Shown here: piece by piece, positions 47,301 through 59,300 of the stretch
Numbering within the stretch: the stretch's first letter is position 1
Layout: each line of letters starts with the position of its first letter
From: Macrostomum lignano
Taxonomy: Eukaryota
NCBI GenBank assembly: GCA_002269645.1
Contig: NIVC01002626.1
Location: 62,001 to 126,000 of the forward strand
Direction of reading: 5' to 3'
Length of the DNA: 64,000 bases
The notes under the pieces: generated by a model
The model's input: only the letters and a program-made list of their open reading frames with translations
The model's database searches: none
Told to the model about the DNA's origin: nothing
Made by a program: the position numbers and the translations under genes

Positions 47301-50300
47301 GGAGTGAGTAGAAGACAGTTGGAGTGAGTAGAAGACAGTTGGAGTGAGTAGGAGACAGTTGGAGTGAGTAGAAGACACTGGAGTGAGTAGAAGACACTGG
47401 AGTGATTAGAAGACAGTTGAGTGAGTAGAAGACAGTTGGGGTGATTAGGAGACACTGGAGTGAGTAGAAGACAGTTGAGTGAGTAGGAGACAGTTGTAGT
47501 GAGTAGGAGACAGTTGGAGTGAGTAGGAGACAGTTGGAGTGAGTAGGAGACAGTTGGAGTGAGTAGGAGACAGTTGTAGTGAGTAGGAGACAGTTGGAGT
47601 GAGTAGAAGACAGTTGGAGTGAGTAGGAGACAGTTGGAGTGAGTAGAAGACAGTTGGAGTGAGTAGGAGACAGTTGGAGTGAGTAGAAGACACTGGAGTG
47701 AGTAGAAGACACTGGAGTGATTAGAAGACAGTTGAGTGAGTAGAAGACAGTTGAGTGATTAGGAGACAGTTGGAGTGAGTAGGAGACAGTTGGAGTGAGT
47801 AGGAGACAGTTGGAGTGAGTAGGAGACAGTTGGAGTGAGTAGAAGACAGTTAAGTGAGTAGGAGGCACTAAGGTGAGTAGAAGACACTGGAGTGATTAGA
47901 AGACAGTTGGAGTGAGTAGGAGACAGTTGGAGTGAGTAGGAGACAGTTGGAGTGAGTAGGAGACAGTTGGAGTGAGTAGGAGACAGTTGGAGTGAGTAGG
48001 AGACAGTTGGAGTGAGTAGGAGACAGTTGGAGTGAGTAGGAGACAGTTGGAGTGAGTAGGAGACAGTTGGAGTGAGTAGGAGACAGTTGGAGTGAGTAGG
48101 AGACAGTTGGAGTGAGAAGGAGACAGTTGGAGTGAGTAGGAGACAGTTGGAGTGAGTAGGAGACAGTTGGAGTGAATAGGAGACAGTTGGAGTGAGTAGG
48201 AGACAGTTGGAGTGAGTAGGAGACAGTTGGAGTGAGTAGGAGACAGTTGGAGTGAGTAGGAGACAGTTGGAGTGAGTAGGAGACAGTTGGAGTGAGTAGA
48301 AGACAGTTGGAGTGAGTAGGAGACAGTTGGAGTGAGTAGGAGACAGTTGGAGTGAGTAGGAGACAGTTGGAGTGAGTAGAAGACACTAGAGTGAGTAGAA
48401 GACACTGGAGTGAGTAGGAGACAGTTGGAGTGAGTAGGAAACAGTTGGAGTGAGTAGGAGACAGTTGGAGTGAGTAGAAGACACTGGAGTGATTAGAAGA
48501 CAGTTGAGTGAGTAGGAGACAGTTGGAGTGAGTAGAAGACACTGGAGTGAGTAGAAGACACTGGAGTGAGTAGGAGACAGTTGGAGTGAGTAGGAGACAG
48601 TTGGAGTGAGTAGGAGACAGTTGGAGTGAGTAGGAGACAGTTGGAGTGAGTAGGAGACAGTTGGAGTGAGTAGGAGACAGTTGGAGTGAGTAGGAGACAG
48701 TTGGAGTGAGTAGGAGACAGTTGGAGTGAGTAGGAGACAGTTGGAGTGAGTAGGAGACAGTTGGAGTGAGTAGGAGACAGTTGGAGTGAGTAGAAGACAG
48801 TTGGAGTGAGTAGAAGACAGTTGGAGTGAGTAGGAGACAGTTGGAGTGAGTAGAAGACACTGGAGTGAGTAGAAGACACTGGAGTGATTAGAAGACAGTT
48901 GAGTGAGTAGAAGACAGTTGGGGTGATTAGGAGACACTGGAGTGAGTAGAAGACAGTTGAGTGAGTAGGAGACAGTTGTAGTGAGTAGGAGACAGTTGGA
49001 GTGAGTAGGAGACAGTTGGAGTGAGTAGGAGACAGTTGGAGTGAGTAGGAGACAGTTGAGTGAGTAGGAGACAGTTGGAGTGAGTAGAAGACACTGGAGT
49101 GAGTAGAAGACACTGGAGTGAGTAGGAGACAGTTGGAGTGAGTAGGAGACAGTTGGAGTGAGTAGGAGACAGTTGTAGTGAGTAGGAGACAGTTGGAGTG
49201 AGTAGAAGACAGTTGGAGTGAGTAGGAGACAGTTGGAGTGAGTAGAAGACAGTTGGAGTGAGTAGGAGACAGTTGGAGTGAGTAGAAGACACTGGAGTGA
49301 GTAGAAGACACTGGAGTGATTAGAAGACAGTTGAGTGAGTAGAAGACAGTTGGGGTGATTAGGAGACAGTTGGAGTGAGTAGGAGACAGTTGGAGTGAGT
49401 AGGAGGCAGTTGGAGTGAGTAGGAGTCAGTTGGAGTGAGTAGAAGACAGTTAAGTGAGTAGGAGGCACTAAGGTGAGTAGAAGACACTGGAGTGATTAGA
49501 AGACAGTTGGAGTGAGTAGGAGACAGTTGGAGTGAGTAGGAGACAGTTGGAGTGAGTAGGAGACAGTTGGAGTGAGTAGGAGACAGTTGGAGTGAGTAGG
49601 AGACAGTTGGAGTGAGTAGGAGACAGTTGGAGTGAGTAGGAGACAGTTGGAGTGAGTAGGAGACAGTTGGAGTGAGTAGGAGACAGTTGGAGTGAGTAGG
49701 AGACAGTTGGAGTGAGTAGGAGACAGTTGGAGTGAGTAGGAGACAGTTGGAGTGAGTAGGAGACAGTTGGAGTGAGTAGGAGACAGTTGGAGTGAATAGG
49801 AGACAGTTGGAGTGAGTAGGAGACAGTTAGAGTGAATAGGAGACAGTTGGAGTGAGTAGGAGACAGTTGGAGTGAGTAGGAGACAGTTGGAGTGAGTAGG
49901 AGACAGTTGGAGTGAGTAGAAGACAGTTGGAGTGAGTGGGAGACAGTTGGAGTGAGTAGGAGACAGTTGGAGTGAGTAGGAGACAGTTGGAGTGAGTAGA
50001 AGACACTAGAGTGAGTAGAAGACACTGGAGTGAGTAGGAGACAGTTGGAGTGAGTAGGAGACAGTTGGAGTGAGTAGGAGACAGTTGGAGTGAGTAGAAG
50101 ACACTGGAGTGATTAGAAGACAGTTGAGTGAGTAGGAGACAGTTGGAGTGAGTAGAAGACACTGGAGTGAGTAGAAGACACTGGAGTGAGTAGGAGACAG
50201 TTGGAGTGAGTAGGAGACAGTTGGAGTGAGTAGGAGACAGTTGGAGTGAGTAGGAGACAGTTGGAGTGAGTAGGAGACAGTTGGAGTGAGTAGGAGACAG

Positions 50301-53300
50301 TTGGAGTGAGTACGAGACAGTTGGAGTGAGTAGGAGACAGTTGGAGTGAGTAGGAGACAGTTGGAGTGAGTAGGAGACAGTTGGAGTGAGTAGGAGACAG
50401 TTGGAGTGAGTAGAAGACAGTTGGAGTGAGTAGAAGACAGTTGGAGTGAGTAGGAGACAGTTGGAGTGAGTAGAAGACACTGGAGTGAGTAGAAGACACT
50501 GGAGTGATTAGAAGACAGTTGAGTGAGTAGAAGACAGTTGGGGTGATTAGGAGACACTGGAGTGAGTAGAAGACAGTTGAGTAAGTAGGAGACAGTTGTA
50601 GTGAGTAGGAGACAGTTGGAGTGAGTAGGAGACAGTTGGAGTGAGTAGGAGACAGTTGGAGTGAGTAGAAGACAGTTGAGTGAGTAGGAGACAGTTGGAG
50701 TGAGTAGAAGACACTGGAGTGAGTAGAAGACACTGGAGTGAGTAGGAGACAGTTGGAGTGAGTAGGAGACAGTTGGAGTGAGTAGGAGACAGTTGTAGTG
50801 AGTAGGAGACAGTTGGAGTGAGTAGAAGACAGTTGGAGTGAGTAGGAGACAGTTGGAGTGAGTAGAAGACAGTTGGAGTGAGTAGGAGACAGTTGGAGTG
50901 AGTAGTAGAAGACACTGGAGTGATTAGGACAGTGAGTAGTAGAAGACAGTTGGGTGATTAGGAGACAGTTGGAGTGAGTAGGAGACAGTTGGAGTGAGTA
51001 GGAGACAGTTGGAGTGAGTAGGAGACAGTTGGAGTGAGTAGAAGACAGTTGGAGTGAGTAGTAGAAGACACTGGAGTGATTAGAAGACAGTGAGTGAGTA
51101 GAAGACAGTTGAGTGATAGAAGACAGTTGGAGTGAGTAGGAGACAGTTGGAGTGAGTAGGAGACAGTTGGAGTGAGTAGGAGACAGTTGGAGTGAGTAGG
51201 AGACAGTTGGAGTGAGTAGGAGACAGTTGGAGTGAGTAGGAGACAGTTGGAGTGAGTAGAAGACAGTTGGAGTGAGTAGGAGACAGTTGGAGTGAGTAGA
51301 AGACACTGGAGTGAGTAGAAGACACTGGAGTGATTAGAAGACAGTTGAGTGAGTAGAAGACAGTTGGGTGATTAGGAGACACTGGAGTGAGTAGAAGACA
51401 GTTGAGTGAGTAGGAGACAGTTGTAGTGAGTAGGAGACAGTTGGAGTGAGTAGGAGACAGTTGGAGTGAGTAGGAGACAGTTGGAGTGAGTAGGAGACAG
51501 TTGTAGTGAGTAGGAGACAGTTGGAGTGAGTAGAAGACAGTTGGAGTGAGTAGGAGACAGTTGGAGTGAGTAGAAGACAGTTGGAGTGAGTAGGAGACAG
51601 TTGGAGTGAGTAGAAGACACTGGAGTGAGTAGAAGACACTGGAGTGATTAGAAGACAGTTGAGTGAGTAGAAGACAGTTGGGGTGATTAGGAGACAGTTG
51701 GAGTGAGTAGGAGACAGTTGGAGTGAGTAGGAGACAGTTGGAGTGAGTAGGAGACAGTTGGAGTGAGTAGAAGACAGTTAAGTGAGTAGGAGGCACTAAG
51801 GTGAGTAGAAGACACTGGAGTGATTAGAAGACAGTTGGAGTGAGTAGGAGACAGTTGGAGTGAGTAGGAGACAGTTGGAGTGAGTAGGAGACAGTTGGAG
51901 TGAGTAGGAGACAGTTGGAGTGAGTAGGAGACAGTTGGAGTGAGTAGGAGACAGTTGGAGTGAGTAGGAGACAGTTGGAGTGAGTAGGAGACAGTTGGAG
52001 TGAGTAGGAGACAGTTGGAGTGAGTAGGAGACAGTTGGAGTGAGAAGGAGACAGTTGGAGTGAGTAGGAGACAGTTGGAGTGAGTAGGAGACAGTTGGAG
52101 TGAATAGGAGACAGTTGGAGTGAGTAGGAGACAGTTGGAGTGAGTAGGAGACAGTTGGAGTGAGTAGGAGACAGTTGGAGTGAGTAGGAGACAGTTGGAG
52201 TGAGTAGGAGACAGTTGGAGTGAGTAGAAGACAGTTGGAGTGAGTGGAGACAGTTGGAGTGAGTAGGAGACAGTTGGAGTGAGTAGGAGACAGTTGGAGT
52301 GAGTAGAAGACACTAGAGTGAGTAGAAGACACTGGAGTGAGTAGGAGACAGTTGGAGTGAGTAGGAAACAGTTGGAGTGAGTAGGAGACAGTTGGAGTGA
52401 GTAGAAGACACTGGAGTGATTAGAAGACAGTTGAGTGAGTAGGAGACAGTTGGAGTGAGTAGAAGACACTGGAGTGAGTAGAAGACACTGGAGTGAGTAG
52501 GAGACAGTTGGAGTGAGTAGGAGACAGTTGGAGTGAGTAGGAGACAGTTGGAGTGAGTAGGAGACAGTTGGAGTGAGTAGGAGACAGTTGGAGTGAGTAG
52601 GAGACAGTTGGAGTGAGTAGGAGACAGTTGGAGTGAGTAGGAGACAGTTGGAGTGAGTAGGAGACAGTTGGAGTGAGTAGGAGACAGTTGGAGTGAGTAG
52701 GAGACAGTTGGAGTGAGTAGAAGACAGTTGGAGTGAGTAGAAGACAGTTGGAGTGAGTAGGAGACAGTTGGAGTGAGTAGAAGACACTGGAGTGAGTAGA
52801 AGACACTGGAGTGATTAGAAGACAGTTGAGTGAGTAGAAGACAGTTGGGTGATTAGGAGACACTGGAGTGAGTAGAAGACAGTTGAGTGAGTAGGAGACA
52901 GTTGTAGTGAGTAGGAGACAGTTGGAGTGAGTAGGAGACAGTTGGAGTGAGTAGGAGACAGTTGGAGTGAGTAGGAGACAGTTGAGTGAGTAGGAGACAG
53001 TTGGAGTGAGTAGAAGACACTGGAGTGAGTAGAAGACACTGGATTGAGTAGGAGACAGTTGGAGTGAGTAGGAGACAGTTGGAGTGAGTAGGAGACAGTT
53101 GTAGTGAGTAGGAGACAGTTGGAGTGAGTAGAAGACAGTTGGAGTGAGTAGGAGACAGTTGGAGTGAGTAGAAGACAGTTGGAGTGAGTAGGAGACAGTT
53201 GGAGTGAGTAGAAGACACTGGAGTGAGTAGAAGACACTGGAGTGATTAGAAGACAGTTGAGTGAGTAGAAGACAGTTGGGTGATTAGGAGACAGTTGGAG

Positions 53301-56300
53301 TGAGTAGGAGACAGTTGGAGTGAGTAGGAGGCAGTTGGAGTGAGTAGGAGTCAGTTGGAGTGAGTAGAAGACAGTTAAGTGAGTAGGAGGCACTAAGGTG
53401 AGTAGAAGACACTGGAGTGATTAGAAGACAGTTGGAGTGAGTAGGAGACAGTTGGAGTGAGTAGGAGACAGTTGGAGTGAGTAGGAGACACAGTGAGTAG
53501 GAGACAGTTGGAGTGAGTAGGAGACAGTTGGAGTGAGTAGGAGACAGTTGGAGTGAGTAGGAGACAGTTGGAGTGAGTAGGAGACAGTTGGAGTGAGTAG
53601 GAGACAGTTGGAGTGAGTAGGAGACAGTTGGAGTGAGTAGGAGACAGTTGGAGTGAGTAGGAGACAGTTGGAGTGAGTAGGAGACAGTTGGAGTGAGTAG
53701 GAGACAGTTGGAGTGAGTAGGAGACAGTTGGAGTGAGTAGGAGACAGTTGGAGTGAATAGGAGACAGTTGGAGTGAGTAGGAGACAGTTGGAGTGAGTAG
53801 GAGACAGTTGGAGTGAGTAGGAGACAGTTGGAGTGAGTAGGAGACAGTTGGAGTGAGTAGGAGACAGTTGGAGTGAGTAGGAGACAGTTGGAGTGAGTAG
53901 GAGACAGTTGGAGTGAGTAGAGACAGTTGGAGTGAGTAGAGACAGTTGGAGTGAGTAGGAGACAGTTGGAGTGAGTAGGAGACAGTTGGAGTGAGTAGGA
54001 GACAGTTGGAGTGAGTAGGAGACAGTTGGAGTGAGTAGGAGACAGTTGGAGTGAGTAGAGACAGTTGGAGTGAGTAGAGACAGTTGGAGTGAGTAGAGAC
54101 AGTTGGAGTGAGTAGAAGACACTGGAGTGAGTAGAAGACAGTTGGAGTGAGTAGGAGACAGTTGGAGTGAGTAGGAGACAGTTGGAGTGAGTAGGAGACA
54201 GTTGGAGTGAGTAGGAGACAGTTGGAGTGAGTAGGAGACAGTTGGAGTGAGTAGGAGACAGTTGGAGTGAGTAGGAGACAGTTGGAGTGAGTAGGAGACA
54301 GTTGGAGTGAGTAGGAGACAGTTGGAGTGAGTAGGAGACAGTTGGAGTGAGTAGGAGACAGTTGGAGTGAGTAGGAGACAGTTGGAGTGAGTAGGAGACA
54401 GTTGGAGTGAGTAGGAGACAGTTGGAGTGAGTAGAGACAGTTGGAGTGAGTAGAGACAGTTGGAGTGAGTAGAAGACAGTTGGAGTGAGTAGAAGACAGT
54501 GGAGTGAGTAGAGACAGTTGAGTGAGTAGAAGACAGTTGGAGTGAGTAGGAGACAGTTGGAGTGAGTAGGAGACAGTTGGAGTGAGTAGGAGACAGTTGG
54601 AGTGAGTAGGAGACAGTTGGAGTGAGTAGAGACAGTTGGAGTGAGTAGGAGACAGTTGGAGTGAGTAGAAGACAGTTGGAGTGAGTAGAAGACAGTTGGA
54701 GTGAGTAGGAGACAGTTGGAGTGAGTAGAAGACAGTGGAGTGAGTAGGAGACAGTTGGAGTGAGTAGGAGACAGTTGGAGTGAGTAGGAGACAGTTGGAG
54801 TGAGTAGGAGACAGTTGGAGTGAGTAGGAGACAGTTGGAGTGAGTAGAAGACAGTTGGAGTGAGTAGAAGACAGTTGGAGTGAGTAGAAGACAGTTGGAG
54901 TGAGTAGAAGACAGTTGGAGTGAGTAGAAGACAGTTGGAGTGAGTAGAAGACAGTTGGAGTGAGTAGGAGACAGTTGGAGTGAGTAGGAGACAGTTGGAG
55001 TGAGTAGGAGACAGTTGGAGTGAGTAGGAGACAGTTGGAGTGAGTAGGAGACAGTTGGAGTGAGTAGAAGACAGTTGGAGTGAGTAGAAGACAGTTGGAG
55101 TGAGTAGAAGACAGTTGGAGTGAGTAGGAGACAGTTGGAGTGAGTAGGAGACAGTTGGAGTGAGTAGGAGACAGTTGGAGTGAGTAGGAGACAGTTGGAG
55201 TGAGTAGGAGACAGTTGGAGTGAGTAGGAGACAGTTGGAGTGAGTAGGAGACAGTTGGAGTGAGTAGGAGACAGTTGGAGTGAGTAGGAGACAGTTGGAG
55301 TGAGTAGGAGACAGTTGGAGTGAGTAGGAGACAGTTGGAGTGAGTAGGAGACAGTTGGAGTGAGTAGGAGACAGTTGGAGTGAGTAGGAGACAGTTGGAG
55401 TGAGTAGGAGACAGTTGGAGTGAGTAGGAGACAGTTGGAGTGAGTAGGAGACAGTTGGAGTGAGTAGGAGACAGTTGGAGTGAGTAGGAGACAGTTGGAG
55501 TGAGTAGGAGACAGTTGGAGTGAGTAGAAGACAGTTGGAGTGAGTAGGAGACAGTTGGAGTGAGTAGGAAGACAGTTGGAGTGAGTAGGAGACAGTTGGA
55601 GTGAGTAGGAGACAGTTGGAGTGAGTAGGAGACAGTTGGAGTGAGTAGGAGACAGTTGGAGTGAGTAGGAGACAGTTGGAGTGAGTAGGAGACAGTTGGA
55701 GTGAGTAGAGACAGTTGGAGTGAGTAGGAGACAGTTGGAGTGAGTAGGAGACAGTTGGAGTGAGTAGGAGACAGTTGGAGTGAGTAGGAGACAGTTGGAG
55801 TGAGTAGGAGACAGTTGGAGTGAGTAGGAGACAGTTGGAGTGAGTAGGAGACAGTTGGAGTGAGTAGGAAGACAGTTGGAGTGAGTAGGAGACAGTTGGA
55901 GTGAGTAGAGACAGTTGGAGTGAGTAGAAGACAGTTGAGTGAGTAGGAGACAGTTGGAGTGAGTAGGAGACAGTTGGAGTGAGTAGGAGACAGTTGGAGT
56001 GAGTAGGAGACAGTTGGAGTGAGTAGGAGACAGTTGGAGTGAGTAGGAGACAGTTGGAGTGAGTAGGAGACAGTTGGAGTGAGTAGAGACAGTTGGAGTG
56101 AGTAGGAGACAGTTGGAGTGAGTAGGAAACAGTTGGAGTGAGTAGGAGACAGTTGGAGTGAGTAGAAGACACTGGAGTAAGTAGAAGACACTGGAGTGAT
56201 TAGGAAGACAGTTAGTGAGTAGAAGACAGTTGGGGTGATTAGGAGACAGTTGGAGTAAGTAGTAGACAGTTGGAGTGAGTAGGAGACAGTTGGAGTGAGT

Positions 56301-59300
56301 AGGAGACAGTTGGAGTGAGTAGACAGTTAGTGAGTAGGAGGCACTAAGGTGAGTAGAAGACACTGGAGTGATTAGAAGACAGTTGAGTGAGTAGAAGACA
56401 GTTGGAGTGAGTAGAAGACACTGGAGTGAGTAGAAGACAGTTGAGAGAGTAGGAGACAGTTGTAGTGAGTAGGAGACAGTTGGAGTGAGTAGGAGACAGT
56501 TGGAGTGAGTAGAAGACAGTTGAGTGAGTAGGAGACAGTTGGAGTGAGTAGAAGACACTGGAGTGAGTAGAAGACACTGGAGTGAGTAGGAGACAGTTGG
56601 AGTGAGTAGGAGACAGTTGGAGTGAGTAGGAGACAGTTGGAGTGAGTAGGAGACAGTTGGAGTGAGTAGGAGACAGTTGGAGTGAGTAGGAGACAGTTGG
56701 AGTGAGTAGGAGACAGTTGGAGTGAGTAGAAGACAGTTGGAGTGAATAGGAGACAGTTGGAGTGAGTAGGAGACAGTTGGAGTGAGTAGGAGACAGTTGG
56801 AGTGAGTAGGAGACAGTTGGAGTGAGTAGGAGACAGTTGGAGTGAGTAGGAGACAGTTGGAGTGAGTAGAAGACAGTTGGAGTGAGTAGAAGACAGTTGG
56901 AGTGAGTGGGAGACAGTTGGAGTGAGTAGGAGACAGTTGTAGTGAGTAGGAGACAGTTGGAGTGAGTAGGAGACAGTTGGAGTGAGTAGGAGACAGTTGG
57001 AGTGAGTAGAAGACAGTTGAGTGAGTAGGAGACAGTTGGAATGAGTAGAAGACACTGGAGTGAGTAGAAGACACTGGAGTGAGTAGGAGACAGTTGTAGT
57101 GAGTAGGAGACAGTTGGAGTGAGTAGAAGACAGTTGGAGTGAGTAGGAGACAGTTGGAGTGAGTAGAAGACAGTTGGAGTGAGTAGGAGACAGTTGGAGT
57201 GAGTAGAAGACACTGGAGTGAGTAGAAGACAGTTGAGAGAGTAGGAGACAGTTGTAGTGAGTAGGAGACAGTTGGAGTGAGTAGGAGACAGTTGGAGTGA
57301 GTAGGAGACAGTTGGAGTGAGTAGAAGACAGTTGAGTGAGTAGGAGACAGTTGGAGTGAGTAGAAGACACTGGAGTGAGTAGAAGACACTGGAGTGAGTA
57401 GGAGAAAGTTGGAGTGAGTAGGAGACAGTTGGAGTGAGTAGGAGACAGTTGTAGTGAGTAGGAGACAGTTGGAGTGAGTAGAAGACAGTTGGAGTGAGTA
57501 GGAGACAGTTGGAGTGAGTAGAAGACAGTTGGAGTGAGTAGGAGACAGTTGGAGTGAGTAGAAGACACTGGAGTGAGTAGAAGACACTGGAGTGATTAGA
57601 AGACAGTTGAGTGAGTAGAAGACAGTTGGGTGATAGGAGACAGTTGGAGTGAGTAGGAGACAGTTGGAGTGAGTAGGAGACAGTTGGAGTGAGTAGGAGA
57701 CAGTTGGAGTGAGTAGGAGACAGTTGGAGTGAGTAGAAGACACTGGAGTGAGTAGAAGACACTGGAGTGAGTAGGAGACAGTTGGAGTGAGTAGGAGACA
57801 GTTGGAGTGAGTAGGAGACAGTTGGAGTGAGTAGGAGACAGTTGTAGTGAGTAGGAGACAGTTGGAGTGAGTAGGAGACAGTTGAGTGAGTAGGAGACAG
57901 TTGGAGTGAGTAGGAGACAGTTGGAGTGAGTAGGAGACAGTTGGAGTGAGTAGGAGACAGTTGGAGTGAGTAGAAGACAGTTGAGTGAGTAGGAGACAGT
58001 TGGAGTGAGTAGAAGACACTGGAGTGAGTAGTAGACACTGGAGTGAGTAGGAGACAGTTGGAGTGAGTAGGAGACAGTTGGAGTGAGTAGGAGACAGTTG
58101 TAGTGAGTAGGAGACAGTTGGAGTGAGTAGGAGACAGTTGGAGTGAGTAAGAGACAGTTGGAGTGAGTAGGAGACAGTTGGAGTGAGTAGAAGACACTGG
58201 AGTGAGTAGAAGACACTGGAGTGATTAGAAGACAGTTGAGTGAGTAGAAGACAGTTGGGGTGATTAGGAGACAGTTGGAGTGAGTAGGAGACAGTTGGAG
58301 TGAGTAGGAGACAGTTGGAGTGAGTAGGAGACAGTTGGAGTGAGTAGAAGACAGTTAAGTGAGTAGGAGGCACTAAGGTGAGTAGAAGACACTGGAGTGA
58401 TTAGAAGACAGTTGAGTGAGTAGAAGACAGTTGGAGTGAGTAGGAGGCAGTTGGAGTGAGTAGAAGACACTGGAGTGAGTAGAAGACAGTTGGAGTGAGT
58501 AGGAGACAGTTGGAGTGAGTAAGAGACAGTTGGAGTGAGTAGGAGACAGTTGGAGTGAGTAGAAGACACTGGAGTGAGTAGAAGACACTGGAGTGATTAG
58601 AAGACAGTTGAGTGAGTAGAAGACAGTTGGGGTGATTAGGAGACAGTTGGAGTGAGTAGGAGACAGTTGGAGTGAGTAGGAGACAGTTGGAGTGAGTAGG
58701 AGACAGTTGGAGTGAGTAGAAGACAGTTAAGTGAGTAGGAGGCACTAAGGTGAGTAGAAGACACTGGAGTGATTAGAAGACAGTTGAGTGAGTAGAAGAC
58801 AGTTGGAGTGAGTAGGAGGCAGTTGGAGTGAGTAGAAGACACTGGAGTGAGTAGAAGACAGTTGGAGTGAGTAGGAGGCAGTTGGAGTGATGAGAAGACA
58901 GTTGGAGTGAGTAGGAGACAGTTGGAGTGAGTAGGAGGCAGTTGGAGTGAGTAGAAGACACTGGAGTGAGTAGAAGGCAGTTGGAGTGATTAGAAGACAG
59001 TTGGAGTGAGTAGGAGGCAGTTGGAGTGATTAGAAGACAGTTGGAGTGAGTAGGAGACAGTTGGAGTGAGTAGGAGGCAGTTGGAGTGAGTCGAAGACAC
59101 TGGAGTGAGTAGAAGGCAGTTGGAGTGAGTAGAAGACACTGGAGTGATTAGAAGACAGTTGAGTGAGTAGAAGACAGTTGAGTGAGTAGGAGACAGTTGG
59201 AGTGAGTAGAAGACAGTTGAGTGAGTAGGAGACAGTTGGAGTGAGTAGAAGGCAGTTGGAGTGAGTAGAAGACACTGAGGTGAGTAGAAGACACTGGAGT

